A DNA stretch of 64,000 nucleotides from a virus (lineage: Duplodnaviria > Heunggongvirae > Uroviricota > Caudoviricetes): the IMG/VR virus record IMGVR_UViG_638275430_000001, positions 22,274 to 86,273 of that record; one strand, written 5' to 3'. The position numbers and the translations under genes are program-made. This document shows, piece after piece, positions 18,043-25,916 of the stretch (positions within the stretch are counted from its first letter, which is position 1; every line of letters begins with the position of its first letter). The notes below the pieces were generated by a model that saw only the letters and a list, made by a program, of their open reading frames with translations, did no database searches and was not told the origin of the DNA.

Positions 18043-19173
18043 TTAAACTTCTAATTCTTCAAAGAATGTTTCATCGAGAGTCGAATCAACTTGTCCGATC
18101 AGATAGCTAGACAACTCAGCCTCTTGGGCAGCGACTTGAACGGAATCGCTGTTAAGCCACTTGCGAATCCACGGCAGAGGGTGTTTCATACCGATGTTCA
18201 GTTCTTCTGGCGCGGGGAGACCAGCAGATCGCATACGGCTTACAGTCAGATAATCGATGTAATCCAACATACTGGACAGACTCAAGCCGGGAATAGTCAC
18301 ATTACCAAGCAAGTCTCTTGCCCATTCTTTCTCTTGTTCAGCAACTTCCAAGAAGATTTGCACCGCTTTATGTTCGAGGCGTTTGGCGATCTCGTACATT
18401 TCGGAATCATCTTCTGCATTCTGCCAAGCACGAATCAGATACTGGGTGCCTTTCAGGTGAAGCTGTTCATCCCGCGCAATCAGACGCATGATCTTAGCGT
18501 TGCCTTCCATGATACCACGCTCACCGAATGAGAACGTGCAAGCAAAGCTAACATAGAAACGAATCGCTTCCAAAGCGTTTACGGCGTGCATTGCGAGATA
18601 TAACGCTTCTTTTACTTTAGTCAGTTGTGCAACTCGCAACTCCGGAGAGAATACAGATTGAGTCAACAGATCATAAGTTTTCAGCTCTTTGATCAGATTG
18701 TCATAATACTGAGTTACAGAAGTGGCACGTGCCATAATCTTACTGTCAAGCAGAATCCTATCAAACACAGCAGACGGATCAACATAGAGATTCCGCATGA
18801 TGTGGGTATAAGAACGGCTATGAATTGTCTCACTGAAACTCCATGTGGTGATCCAAGTTTCAAGCGCGACATCAGATACGATTGGCAAGAATACCAAGTT
18901 AGGTGCGCGACCTTGTACCGAGTCAAGCAGACTTTGATATTTCAAGTTTTGAGTGAAAACATGTTGTTCGGCTTCACTCAGTTGATTATAGTCGATTGCA
19001 TCCTTAGACAAATCCACTTCTTCGGGACGCCAGAAAAATGAAAGTTGCTTTTCTGTAAGCTTATCAATTGCCGGATGTTTTACTGTTTCATATCGAGCCA
19101 ATCCCATTGCTTCGCCCAAGAACAGAGGCGCTTTCATATGATCAACTACATTTTTATTAAATACGGTATCCAT
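18043..19173 (-). CDS. nrdB: Ribonucleotide reductase class Ia beta subunit NrdB (intact, no intron)
   Basis: 376 aa. Di-iron ligand region and tyrosyl-radical region; E. coli-like length. Confidence 0.9.
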   Translation of the reverse strand: MDTVFNKNVVDHMKAPLFLGEAMGLARYETVKHPAIDKLTEKQLSFFWRPEEVDLSKDAIDYNQLSEAEQHVFTQNLKYQSLLDSVQGRAPNLVFLPIVSDVALETWITTWSFSETIHSRSYTHIMRNLYVDPSAVFDRILLDSKIMARATSVTQYYDNLIKELKTYDLLTQSVFSPELRVAQLTKVKEALYLAMHAVNALEAIRFYVSFACTFSFGERGIMEGNAKIMRLIARDEQLHLKGTQYLIRAWQNAEDDSEMYEIAKRLEHKAVQIFLEVAEQEKEWARDLLGNVTIPGLSLSSMLDYIDYLTVSRMRSAGLPAPEELNIGMKHPLPWIRKWLNSDSVQVAAQEAELSSYLIGQVDSTLDETFFEELEV

Positions 19174-19190
19174 TTTTATTCCTTGTTAAA

Positions 19191-19206
19191 AGGGGACGAA
19201 TCCCCT
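19191..19206 (-). terminator. Hairpin aggggat-tcg-tcccct + UUUU between nrdA-b and nrdB (terminator/attenuator)
   Basis: aaaaggggacgaatccccttatc. Confidence 0.45.
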
Positions 19207-19215
19207 TATCAGTTA

Positions 19216-20187
19216 TCAGACCTTACAAACATCACAAGAAGAATCTTGTTCTTCGGTACCATCGGCACCATCGCGAGTGTTCGAGTAATAAAGAGACTTA
19301 ACGCCGTGTTTCTGTGCTCTTGAAATATCTTTCAGAACAACTTTCATCGGGATCTTCTCACCCGGATACACAGCAGGATCATAATAAGTATTTGCACTAA
19401 TCATTTGATCCACAAACTTCTGCATGATAGCTACAATGTCCAAGTAACCCTTCATGCCGTGTTTGGTCATCTGCCAAGCTGTCTCATACTCGCTACCAAG
19501 CATGTCTACCTCAGGCACTAGCTGATTAAAGACACCATCTTTCGATTGCTTGGTGCTCACTAGGCCGCGCGGTGGCTCGATACCGTTTGTGCTGTTGGTG
19601 ATCTGTGAACTACTCTCACAAGGCATAAATGCGCTTAGAGTATCGTTTCGCAGGCCGTGCTGTTTGATCTCAGCTCGCAGCCATTCCCAATCCATTTTCA
19701 GATCATTCGGAACGATATTGTCAACGTTCTTATTGTACCAGTCAATCGGTAACAGTCCATCAGCCCATTTTGTCTTATGATGCCACTCGTTTGCACCGCG
19801 TTCTTTCGCCAGCTCCATAGACGCTACCAAGTTCGCAAACTGCATCATTTCCATGGTGCGGTGAACAAGCTTGTTTGCATTTCCGCTAGAGTAGTTAACA
19901 AAATTCTTCGCCAAGAAATAAGCAAAGTTTGTTACACCCATGCCGAGTGCGCGACGCTTCTTGGCTGCCAGTGCTTGAACGACGGGATAATCCTGATAGT
20001 CAAGCAAGTTATCGAGTGCGCGAACAGCAGCGCGAGCAACGTTTAGGAAGTCTTCATAACCCTCAATTGCGCCGAGATTATACGCCGCTAAAGTGCAAAG
20101 GCTTATTTCCGAAACATCTACCTCAATTTCTACCGTGGTATATTCTTCATCTTCGTATACTTCGTAAATTCTTTCATGTTCGATCAT
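19216..20187 (-). CDS. nrdA: Ribonucleotide reductase alpha subunit, C-terminal fragment (NrdA-b)
   Basis: 323 aa. Begins with a 26-aa extension, then EISLCTLAAYNLGA, collinear with E. coli NrdA from ~aa 455 to the C-terminal CxxC tail (SSCDVCKV). Confidence 0.85.
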   Translation of the reverse strand: MIEHERIYEVYEDEEYTTVEIEVDVSEISLCTLAAYNLGAIEGYEDFLNVARAAVRALDNLLDYQDYPVVQALAAKKRRALGMGVTNFAYFLAKNFVNYSSGNANKLVHRTMEMMQFANLVASMELAKERGANEWHHKTKWADGLLPIDWYNKNVDNIVPNDLKMDWEWLRAEIKQHGLRNDTLSAFMPCESSSQITNSTNGIEPPRGLVSTKQSKDGVFNQLVPEVDMLGSEYETAWQMTKHGMKGYLDIVAIMQKFVDQMISANTYYDPAVYPGEKIPMKVVLKDISRAQKHGVKSLYYSNTRDGADGTEEQDSSCDVCKV

Positions 20188-20887
20188 TTTCTCTAAATCT
20201 CCTATTGAGAATAAATCTGGAGATTCCGGTTTCTTTCATGGCAATGCCTATGCTTGGATATTCAATGCCGCCAATGACAATTTTTATACCGTTCGGTGCC
20301 GGCTTTCCTAAATTAGTTGCTCTTGACTTAGGCACATATTCTTTATTGTGTTCATCATCACCAAGCTTATAGAGTTTCCACCCATGGTGATTACTTCTTT
20401 TACCGCGACAAACTGCACTCATTGTACTGGGATTTAATCCGTGCTTCAAGCAGAAATCTTTTAACCCAGAAACAATGTGTTCTTCTCCCGTAGGAGACAC
20501 GAATCGCCATAGATAAGAAAGCTTTTCTCTTTGAACATCAGACATTGGCTTTCCTTTGTTCGGAGCAATACTTCCAGTTTTGACTTCGGATAAAGCCTTA
20601 GCGAGTTTGACACGATTTGATTCATGCATATATGCATAAACTCTACTATGTTCTTTATTTCCAACTCGCATCATGTTATAAGCGAATATCAGTTTGTTGC
20701 TTTTATAAATCTTAGTCAATAAATGATGAACAACATAGTGTGCTTTAGCAGTTAGATATACCAAATTGTCGTCACTATCATCACCTCCCATACATCTTGG
20801 GATAATATGATGTTTCTCTTTGTAACCGGAGATCTCCGAATTTTTAAATTTGTTGATAATTAAGTCGTGTATTCTCTTATAATTCAT
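20174..20887 (-). CDS. HNH homing endonuclease (MobE-like) inserted between the nrdA fragments
   Basis: HHIIPRCMGGDDSDDNLVYLTAKAHYVVH HNH motif. 237 aa. SD agagggtgcaaatATG. Confidence 0.8.
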   Translation of the reverse strand: MNYKRIHDLIINKFKNSEISGYKEKHHIIPRCMGGDDSDDNLVYLTAKAHYVVHHLLTKIYKSNKLIFAYNMMRVGNKEHSRVYAYMHESNRVKLAKALSEVKTGSIAPNKGKPMSDVQREKLSYLWRFVSPTGEEHIVSGLKDFCLKHGLNPSTMSAVCRGKRSNHHGWKLYKLGDDEHNKEYVPKSRATNLGKPAPNGIKIVIGGIEYPSIGIAMKETGISRFILNRRFRENDRT

Positions 20888-20931
20888 ATTTGCACCCTCT
20901 TAACGTACACGACTATTTAGAGGGTGCAAAT
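20888..20931 (-). promoter_or_regulatory. 13-bp perfect inverted repeat hairpin sequestering the HNH gene SD, with an embedded late-type promoter CTAAATAG in the loop
   Basis: atttgcaccctct ... agagggtgcaaat. The loop contains the reverse complement of ctatttag. Confidence 0.55.
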
Positions 20932-20933
20932 TT

Positions 20934-22355
20934 TTAGTATCTCAGAGACTTATATTGATCCGTCGCTACCATAAGTTTGAACTTATCAACTTCGGACTTT
21001 TTGACTTTAAACAACATCTTTTCTTTCTTTCCCATAGGGACTGTCGGCAGCGCGATTTCGATGCACAGATTACCCATACGAATAGGCTCTTTGTACGGAG
21101 TAGCCGAGTTAACGTTATCAACGAACATCGGATAAATGCGACCGGTGCCAGTTCTTTCTTGTGCGAACAGATTGAACAACTCGGAGGCTTTGATACGCTT
21201 CTTACGACACCAAGGCTCGTTTTCCAGCATTTCGTACAGCTCTTTGAACTTCACCGGATCTTTATAAAAGAGATCGTAAAGCTCGCCGTTTTGAACGTCT
21301 GGACTAAAGAGCGTGATATAGTCGTCATTTTTCAGACGCTCGAAAAACAGCTTGTTGATTTGGATACCGTAGTCAAGCTGGCGAATTCGATTTTCTTCCA
21401 CGCCCTTGTTGTTTTTCAGAACAAGGATTTTTTCAACTTCAAGATGCCACATTGGATAGTAAAGAGTAGCAGCGCCACCGCGTACACCACCCTGTGAGCA
21501 ACTTTTTACCGCAGTCTGGAAATATTTCCAGAACGGAATAATACCAGTGTGGCGAACTTCACCACTTCGAATGCGAGAACCTTCGGCACGAATAGCGCCA
21601 CCGTTGATACCGATACCAGCGCGTTTGCTAATATAGTCAACGATTGAACTTGCGGTAGCGTTAATGCTATCGAGTTCGTCGCCGCTTTCGATCTTCACGC
21701 ATGAGCTAAACTGGCGAGTCGGGGTTCGAACACCAGCAAGAATTGGCGTCGGTAGACTCAGTTTGCCCAACGATGTTACGTCATAAAAGTTTTTAACTTT
21801 AGCGATTCTATCTGTTTTTTCGTCTTGATGCAAGCACATTGCAACAAGCATATACAGAATTTGAGGTGTTTCGTAAATCTGATCGGTACTACGATCTTTC
21901 GCCAGGTACTTCTCTTTAAACTGCATTACGCCAGCATAAGCAAGATCAAAATCGCGATCATGCTTGATATAGGCATTCAGTTCATTGAATTCATCATCTG
22001 TCCATTTGATGGCAAGATCTTTATCATAGATGCCGTCTTGTACCAAGTCAAGTGTGTGTCGTTTCAGATGAATCGGGTCAAACTGATTGTAAACGTCTTT
22101 GCGAATCGCATACATTTGCAGACGAGCAGCGACGTATTGATAATCGGATTGTTCAATAGAGATACGATCTGCCGCAAATTTAATTGCCAGCTTCTGAATG
22201 TTCTTTGTGCTCATGCCGTCGGTGATAGAAGGCATAATACCGTTCAGGATTTCATTCGGATCGATTCGAGTTCCAGCAGTAGCGAATCCCAGAATTTTCA
22301 ACAGCTTTTTCGGCTCAAAATTCTCGGTTATCCCACTTGATTTTCTTACTAACAT
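20934..22355 (-). CDS. nrdA: Ribonucleotide reductase alpha subunit, N-terminal fragment (NrdA-a); ATP-cone plus catalytic core to ..CIEIALPT, then a 34-aa tail
   Basis: Collinear with NrdA aa 1 to ~440. Start MLVRKSSGITENFEP chosen (ATG 22353-22355). The track start 22397 has no SD and lies inside the promoter -10. Confidence 0.8.
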   Translation of the reverse strand: MLVRKSSGITENFEPKKLLKILGFATAGTRIDPNEILNGIMPSITDGMSTKNIQKLAIKFAADRISIEQSDYQYVAARLQMYAIRKDVYNQFDPIHLKRHTLDLVQDGIYDKDLAIKWTDDEFNELNAYIKHDRDFDLAYAGVMQFKEKYLAKDRSTDQIYETPQILYMLVAMCLHQDEKTDRIAKVKNFYDVTSLGKLSLPTPILAGVRTPTRQFSSCVKIESGDELDSINATASSIVDYISKRAGIGINGGAIRAEGSRIRSGEVRHTGIIPFWKYFQTAVKSCSQGGVRGGAATLYYPMWHLEVEKILVLKNNKGVEENRIRQLDYGIQINKLFFERLKNDDYITLFSPDVQNGELYDLFYKDPVKFKELYEMLENEPWCRKKRIKASELFNLFAQERTGTGRIYPMFVDNVNSATPYKEPIRMGNLCIEIALPTVPMGKKEKMLFKVKKSEVDKFKLMVATDQYKSLRY

Positions 22356-22397
22356 GTTACCCCGTTGTGTTATGTGTTGGAGAGTTTCATTATACAT

Positions 22398-22440
22398 CAG
22401 TCACAAAGAATGTAAACAACTTACATGTTTACAGAGTTAA
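22398..22440 (-). promoter_or_regulatory. T4-type early promoter for nrdA (GTTTACA-N16-TATAAT) with dyad tgtaaaca..tgtttaca over the -35
   Basis: Minus strand reads ctctGTAAACAtgtaagttGTTTACAttctttgtgactgatgTATAATgaaa. Confidence 0.5.
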
Positions 22441-22443
22441 AAA

Positions 22444-22461
22444 ATCCCGCATCAGCGGGAT
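22444..22461 (-). terminator. Hairpin atcccgc-tgat-gcgggat + U6 terminator
   Basis: aaaaaatcccgcatcagcgggatc. Confidence 0.7.
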
Positions 22462-22934
22462 CCCTTGTAAAGCAAAACATCTTGATAAATCGGAGTCAAA
22501 ATGCTCAACCAGTGATTGGCTAGTTCTATCCGAGCTTGATAATAAGCTACTTGATCTTCTTTATAGTAGCCATTTTTCTCACTATGATATTGATCGGTAC
22601 AATCTCCAGTGAGATAGTTTAGCTTAATTACATGTCCGAGATTACCGGACCAATATTTATAGTATTTCAAGAACTCGACATTTGCCATCTTCGTCCTGAT
22701 TTGAAAGCAAAGTCCACGGCGAATATGATCGCGATTGATCTTACATTCGATGATATCATTTAAAGTCTTGATATCGTTCGCGAGTTCTTTGATATCAGCA
22801 ACACCATTCCAGAAGATGATGGACTTTCGTTGACCACTGGAATATTTGGCATTCAGTCTCGCTTGAGTTGCCGCAAGTTCAGCCAGTCGCTTGGCTCGGT
22901 TCGGCATCAAAAAATCAATAATTGTTTTCAGCAT
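22452..22934 (-). CDS. Paralog family member A (160 aa); one copy of the novel ~100-aa 'RHW' domain (..INRDHIRRGLC..KYWSG..GH...YYQARIELANHWL)
   Basis: Tandem array of homologous genes. Shared motifs GRITR.EC..GLC, KYWSG, ARLELARHWL. Confidence 0.6.
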   Translation of the reverse strand: MLKTIIDFLMPNRAKRLAELAATQARLNAKYSSGQRKSIIFWNGVADIKELANDIKTLNDIIECKINRDHIRRGLCFQIRTKMANVEFLKYYKYWSGNLGHVIKLNYLTGDCTDQYHSEKNGYYKEDQVAYYQARIELANHWLSILTPIYQDVLLYKGSR

Positions 22935-22936
22935 GA

Positions 22937-23407
22937 TTACACATTTTGAGTGAAATGATTGTCAACGAAAGTCATTACATCAAGCCAGTGACGAGCCAGT
23001 TCCAAACGAGCTTCGTAAAACTTAACGTTCTTTTCGTAATAGCGTTCTTCGGCATATTGCATTTCGGGAGAATGGCCATCTTTGATGTCAATCAAAAACA
23101 GTTGTCCACACGTTTCTTTGTCCCAGTGACGATACATCGCCATAATTGGATCAGTCCGCAGAATACCAGCAACTTCGAACCCAACATGATAACAGACTCC
23201 ACAGGCAATTCTATTTCGCGCCAGTGTTCGATCTGTGATCTTATACAAAGTTTTCATTGCATCGGCGTATCGTTCTGGCTTTTCGATTCGCAATTTAAGA
23301 AGATCATAATACTTTGTCAAGTTAGCATCGTCCAGAAACTTGAGTTTCAGACGCTCGTTCTTGCTCATGAAAACGGATTTGATTTTTGCTCGCAGAACAG
23401 TAAACAT
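22937..23407 (-). CDS. Paralog family member B (156 aa, more divergent; ..YEARLELARHWL)
   Basis: C-terminal FYEARLELARHWLDV. Consensus early promoter/leader. Confidence 0.6.
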   Translation of the reverse strand: MFTVLRAKIKSVFMSKNERLKLKFLDDANLTKYYDLLKLRIEKPERYADAMKTLYKITDRTLARNRIACGVCYHVGFEVAGILRTDPIMAMYRHWDKETCGQLFLIDIKDGHSPEMQYAEERYYEKNVKFYEARLELARHWLDVMTFVDNHFTQNV

Positions 23408-23463
23408 GATATAACCCTCTCTATAAGATAATGCCAGTATACGCTACTGGCATTAGGTGTCAA

Positions 23464-24327
23464 TTAGTTTTTAGCGATAGCCATCACATTTTCAATGACT
23501 TTCAGCCAATGCCGAGCAAGTTCCAGACGCGCTTCATAGTATGCGGTATCATACTTCATCGAACAATAAACTTCGTCCTTGAATTGCTTGATTGCTTGGT
23601 TCCGCTTGTGATCTTCGATTGTGTAGTGTTTCGCACGAGGATCAGGCATAAAGTTCTTGACTTCATCGGTTTCAAGCAGGATGATGTAACCTTTCCAACC
23701 ACTCCAGAATTTGTAGTCTTTAAGGATATACTCGCCATTCAGCTTGACTTTAATCATTTCACACAGACCTTCTTTGAGCTGATCGCGTGTGATTTTACCG
23801 ATAATAACATCGCGCAGAATTTCGCGAGATTCTTCCCATTCAGAACGATTAAAAACACAATGCCGCACCAGATCATTCATATGAGCCTGACGTTCAACAG
23901 CATCGCAATACTCAGATTGCAGTTTCAGAATATAACGCAGCCAGTGACGAGCCAGTTCCAGACGAGCTTCCCAGTATTCATCATTACCTTCGGACTCTTC
24001 ATCTGCTTCTTGATGAAACTGTGCGATGGCTTCATTCAACGGATCGTCCATTTCATCGGGATTACCAATCAGAATGCTGTGACCTTCCCAGCCGCTCCAG
24101 AACTTGTATCCGTTCAAGATCTTTTCATTGCACAAATCTACACCACCGGCCTTTGAGCCGACAATACGACATATGCCAATCTTGCATTCTTCGCGGGTGA
24201 TACGTCCGTCGATGATATCATTCAGTTTCGCTTTGGATACGTCGAAACGTTCTTTGTTCTTGACGTAATATTTTACGTCTTCGGAAACAGTCGGGTCATT
24301 GATGATTCGGGTTTGCAGTTCGTTCAT
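23464..24327 (-). CDS. Paralog family member C (287 aa) with two tandem copies of the domain
   Basis: GRITREECKIGICRIV..YKFWSGWEGH..YWEARLELARHWL, then GKITRDQLKEGLCEMI..YKFWSGWKGY..YYEARLELARHWL. Confidence 0.65.
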   Translation of the reverse strand: MNELQTRIINDPTVSEDVKYYVKNKERFDVSKAKLNDIIDGRITREECKIGICRIVGSKAGGVDLCNEKILNGYKFWSGWEGHSILIGNPDEMDDPLNEAIAQFHQEADEESEGNDEYWEARLELARHWLRYILKLQSEYCDAVERQAHMNDLVRHCVFNRSEWEESREILRDVIIGKITRDQLKEGLCEMIKVKLNGEYILKDYKFWSGWKGYIILLETDEVKNFMPDPRAKHYTIEDHKRNQAIKQFKDEVYCSMKYDTAYYEARLELARHWLKVIENVMAIAKN

Positions 24328-24387
24328 GATTTATTCCTCAGTTGTTTGATGTGGACATCCTATCATGTCCACATTTGCTGTCAATCG

Positions 24388-24819
24388 TTATTGCAAAACA
24401 ATTTTAGTTTCGATGAAATTGATCCAGTGACGAGCAAGTTCCAGGCGAGCTTCCCAGTACGGATCATTGTCACCGTATTCAGACTCTTCCAAATCTTCTT
24501 CTTCATGAAACTGTTCGATTGCTTGAGGCAGATGATCGTGATACCGACGGGACTCTTCGGTAGTTTCACCGACATACACACAATAGCCTCGCATACCACT
24601 CCAATATTTGTAGCCTTCGAAGACGGAATGATCTGTCAACATATCGCAGTTAATCAGATTGCACAAGCCACCGCGGCACTCATATCGAGTAATGCGACCT
24701 TCTACAACATCTTTGAGGATGTAATACGCTTTCATAATATTTGCATTCATAAACATGATTATTTCCTTAGCAACTAGATACGATAAAGCCAGTCTACGCG
24801 AGACTGGCTTAGGTGTCAA
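24388..24819 (-). CDS. Paralog family member D (143 aa)
   Basis: GRITRYECRGGLCNLI..YKYWSGMRGY..YWEARLELARHWI. Confidence 0.6.
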   Translation of the reverse strand: MTPKPVSRRLALSYLVAKEIIMFMNANIMKAYYILKDVVEGRITRYECRGGLCNLINCDMLTDHSVFEGYKYWSGMRGYCVYVGETTEESRRYHDHLPQAIEQFHEEEDLEESEYGDNDPYWEARLELARHWINFIETKIVLQ

Positions 24820-24820
24820 A

Positions 24821-25315
24821 TCAATTATGAAGTTTTTTCATCTTTTTTGGCATTTCTTTGTTGAACACTGTGCAGAGTTCAGCCTTAGTCATGCCGTCAT
24901 TGTACGCGAAACCGTTTGATTGTAACTCAGCAATCATCGCCGGTTTATCTTGACGAGCGAAACGCTTTTTCAAATCTGGCAACAGTTTCGGGTGAATATC
25001 GTTTTCTTTGGTATCTTGTTCGAGATACACGATCAAAGTTTTTAGTTGTGTGATGTAATCGACGTTCCTAGACGCCAGACCGGAGCGCATAAACTCATGT
25101 CTAACCATACCTTCAAACTTGTTACAAAAGCAACATAGCAAACCGCGCACACGGCCAGCTTGCGGACCATTCAATTCGTGATCGTGATCAAGATGATTTT
25201 TGTTAATCTCTTTGTCAAGTTCGCGTTTGCATAGAGGGCAAATGCCATTTTGTGCATGGTACAGTTTTTCTTTTGCTGCATCATAGGTTTTGGGAGTCAA
25301 GATCATTAGAGTCAT
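24821..25315 (-). CDS. 49: Endonuclease VII (Holliday junction resolvase), gp49
   Basis: Collinear with T4 gp49: ..YDAQNG.C.LC.REL.....NHLDHDHELNGP.AG.VRGLLC..CN..EG...H.F.RSGL. 164 aa. Confidence 0.85.
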   Translation of the reverse strand: MTLMILTPKTYDAAKEKLYHAQNGICPLCKRELDKEINKNHLDHDHELNGPQAGRVRGLLCCFCNKFEGMVRHEFMRSGLASRNVDYITQLKTLIVYLEQDTKENDIHPKLLPDLKKRFARQDKPAMIAELQSNGFAYNDGMTKAELCTVFNKEMPKKMKKLHN

Positions 25316-25343
25316 TCCATTTTGATAGTATGACTCTATTTAG
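25307..25343 (-). promoter_or_regulatory. Hairpin (tagagtca-N15-tgactcta) occluding the gene 49 start codon, with late-type promoter CTAAATAG overlapping the 5' arm
   Basis: Minus strand reads aaCTAAATAGAGTCAtactatcaaaatggaATGACTCTAatg. Parallels T4 gene 49 early-hairpin/late-promoter control. Confidence 0.55.
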
Positions 25344-25346
25344 TTG

Positions 25347-25916
25347 TTATGCTTCCCACTTCAATTTTGCAGTAATATCAATGTGTGTTGCATCGATACG
25401 TTTCATCGAACCGTCATCATGTCTATACCAATCACCAGCATAGTTGTAGATGTAAACGCGACCAGTAGTGCCGACAAACATCATAGCATCAGACATCGCA
25501 TTGGATGCAAAACTGCTATATTGGAAATACCCGCCCGTAATTTGAGCGCCGGCGATAAAACCAACAAAGCGGACTGTTAGACGCTCGGGTTTCCCGTCTG
25601 TGCGCGATATGCGCAACGGGAATTGACGACCAATAGCGATCTCAGATGTGCTTTGTTTGCGACCGGTAACCCAGAGCTTATCGCATTGGATGAAAATGCC
25701 AGTGGATTCAACATATTGACCGTTAGCCCACTTATCACCCATAACGTGTTCATACTCGGCAATCAGTTTCAGATCGTTCATGAAAACATGAAATCTGGCG
25801 ATTTTAGTCTCTGGATTGAAATCAATCAGAGTCATGTCCCTGAATTTCAGTCGAACAACATCACCAGGATTAAGCTCTTTCTTTTCGGCTTTTTCTTTAC
25901 TTTCCAGAATAAACAT
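25347..25916 (-). CDS. Hypothetical protein (189 aa)
   Basis: TAATG overlap with the upstream gene. Confidence 0.5.
   Translation of the reverse strand: MFILESKEKAEKKELNPGDVVRLKFRDMTLIDFNPETKIARFHVFMNDLKLIAEYEHVMGDKWANGQYVESTGIFIQCDKLWVTGRKQSTSEIAIGRQFPLRISRTDGKPERLTVRFVGFIAGAQITGGYFQYSSFASNAMSDAMMFVGTTGRVYIYNYAGDWYRHDDGSMKRIDATHIDITAKLKWEA

Noticed and set aside
20934-22397. Track start codon at 22397 for NrdA-a (MYNETLQHITQRGN...)
   Set aside because: There is no SD, and the ATG lies within the predicted -10 (TATAAT) of the nrdA promoter. MLVRKSSGITENFEP at 22355 matches the NrdA N-terminus.
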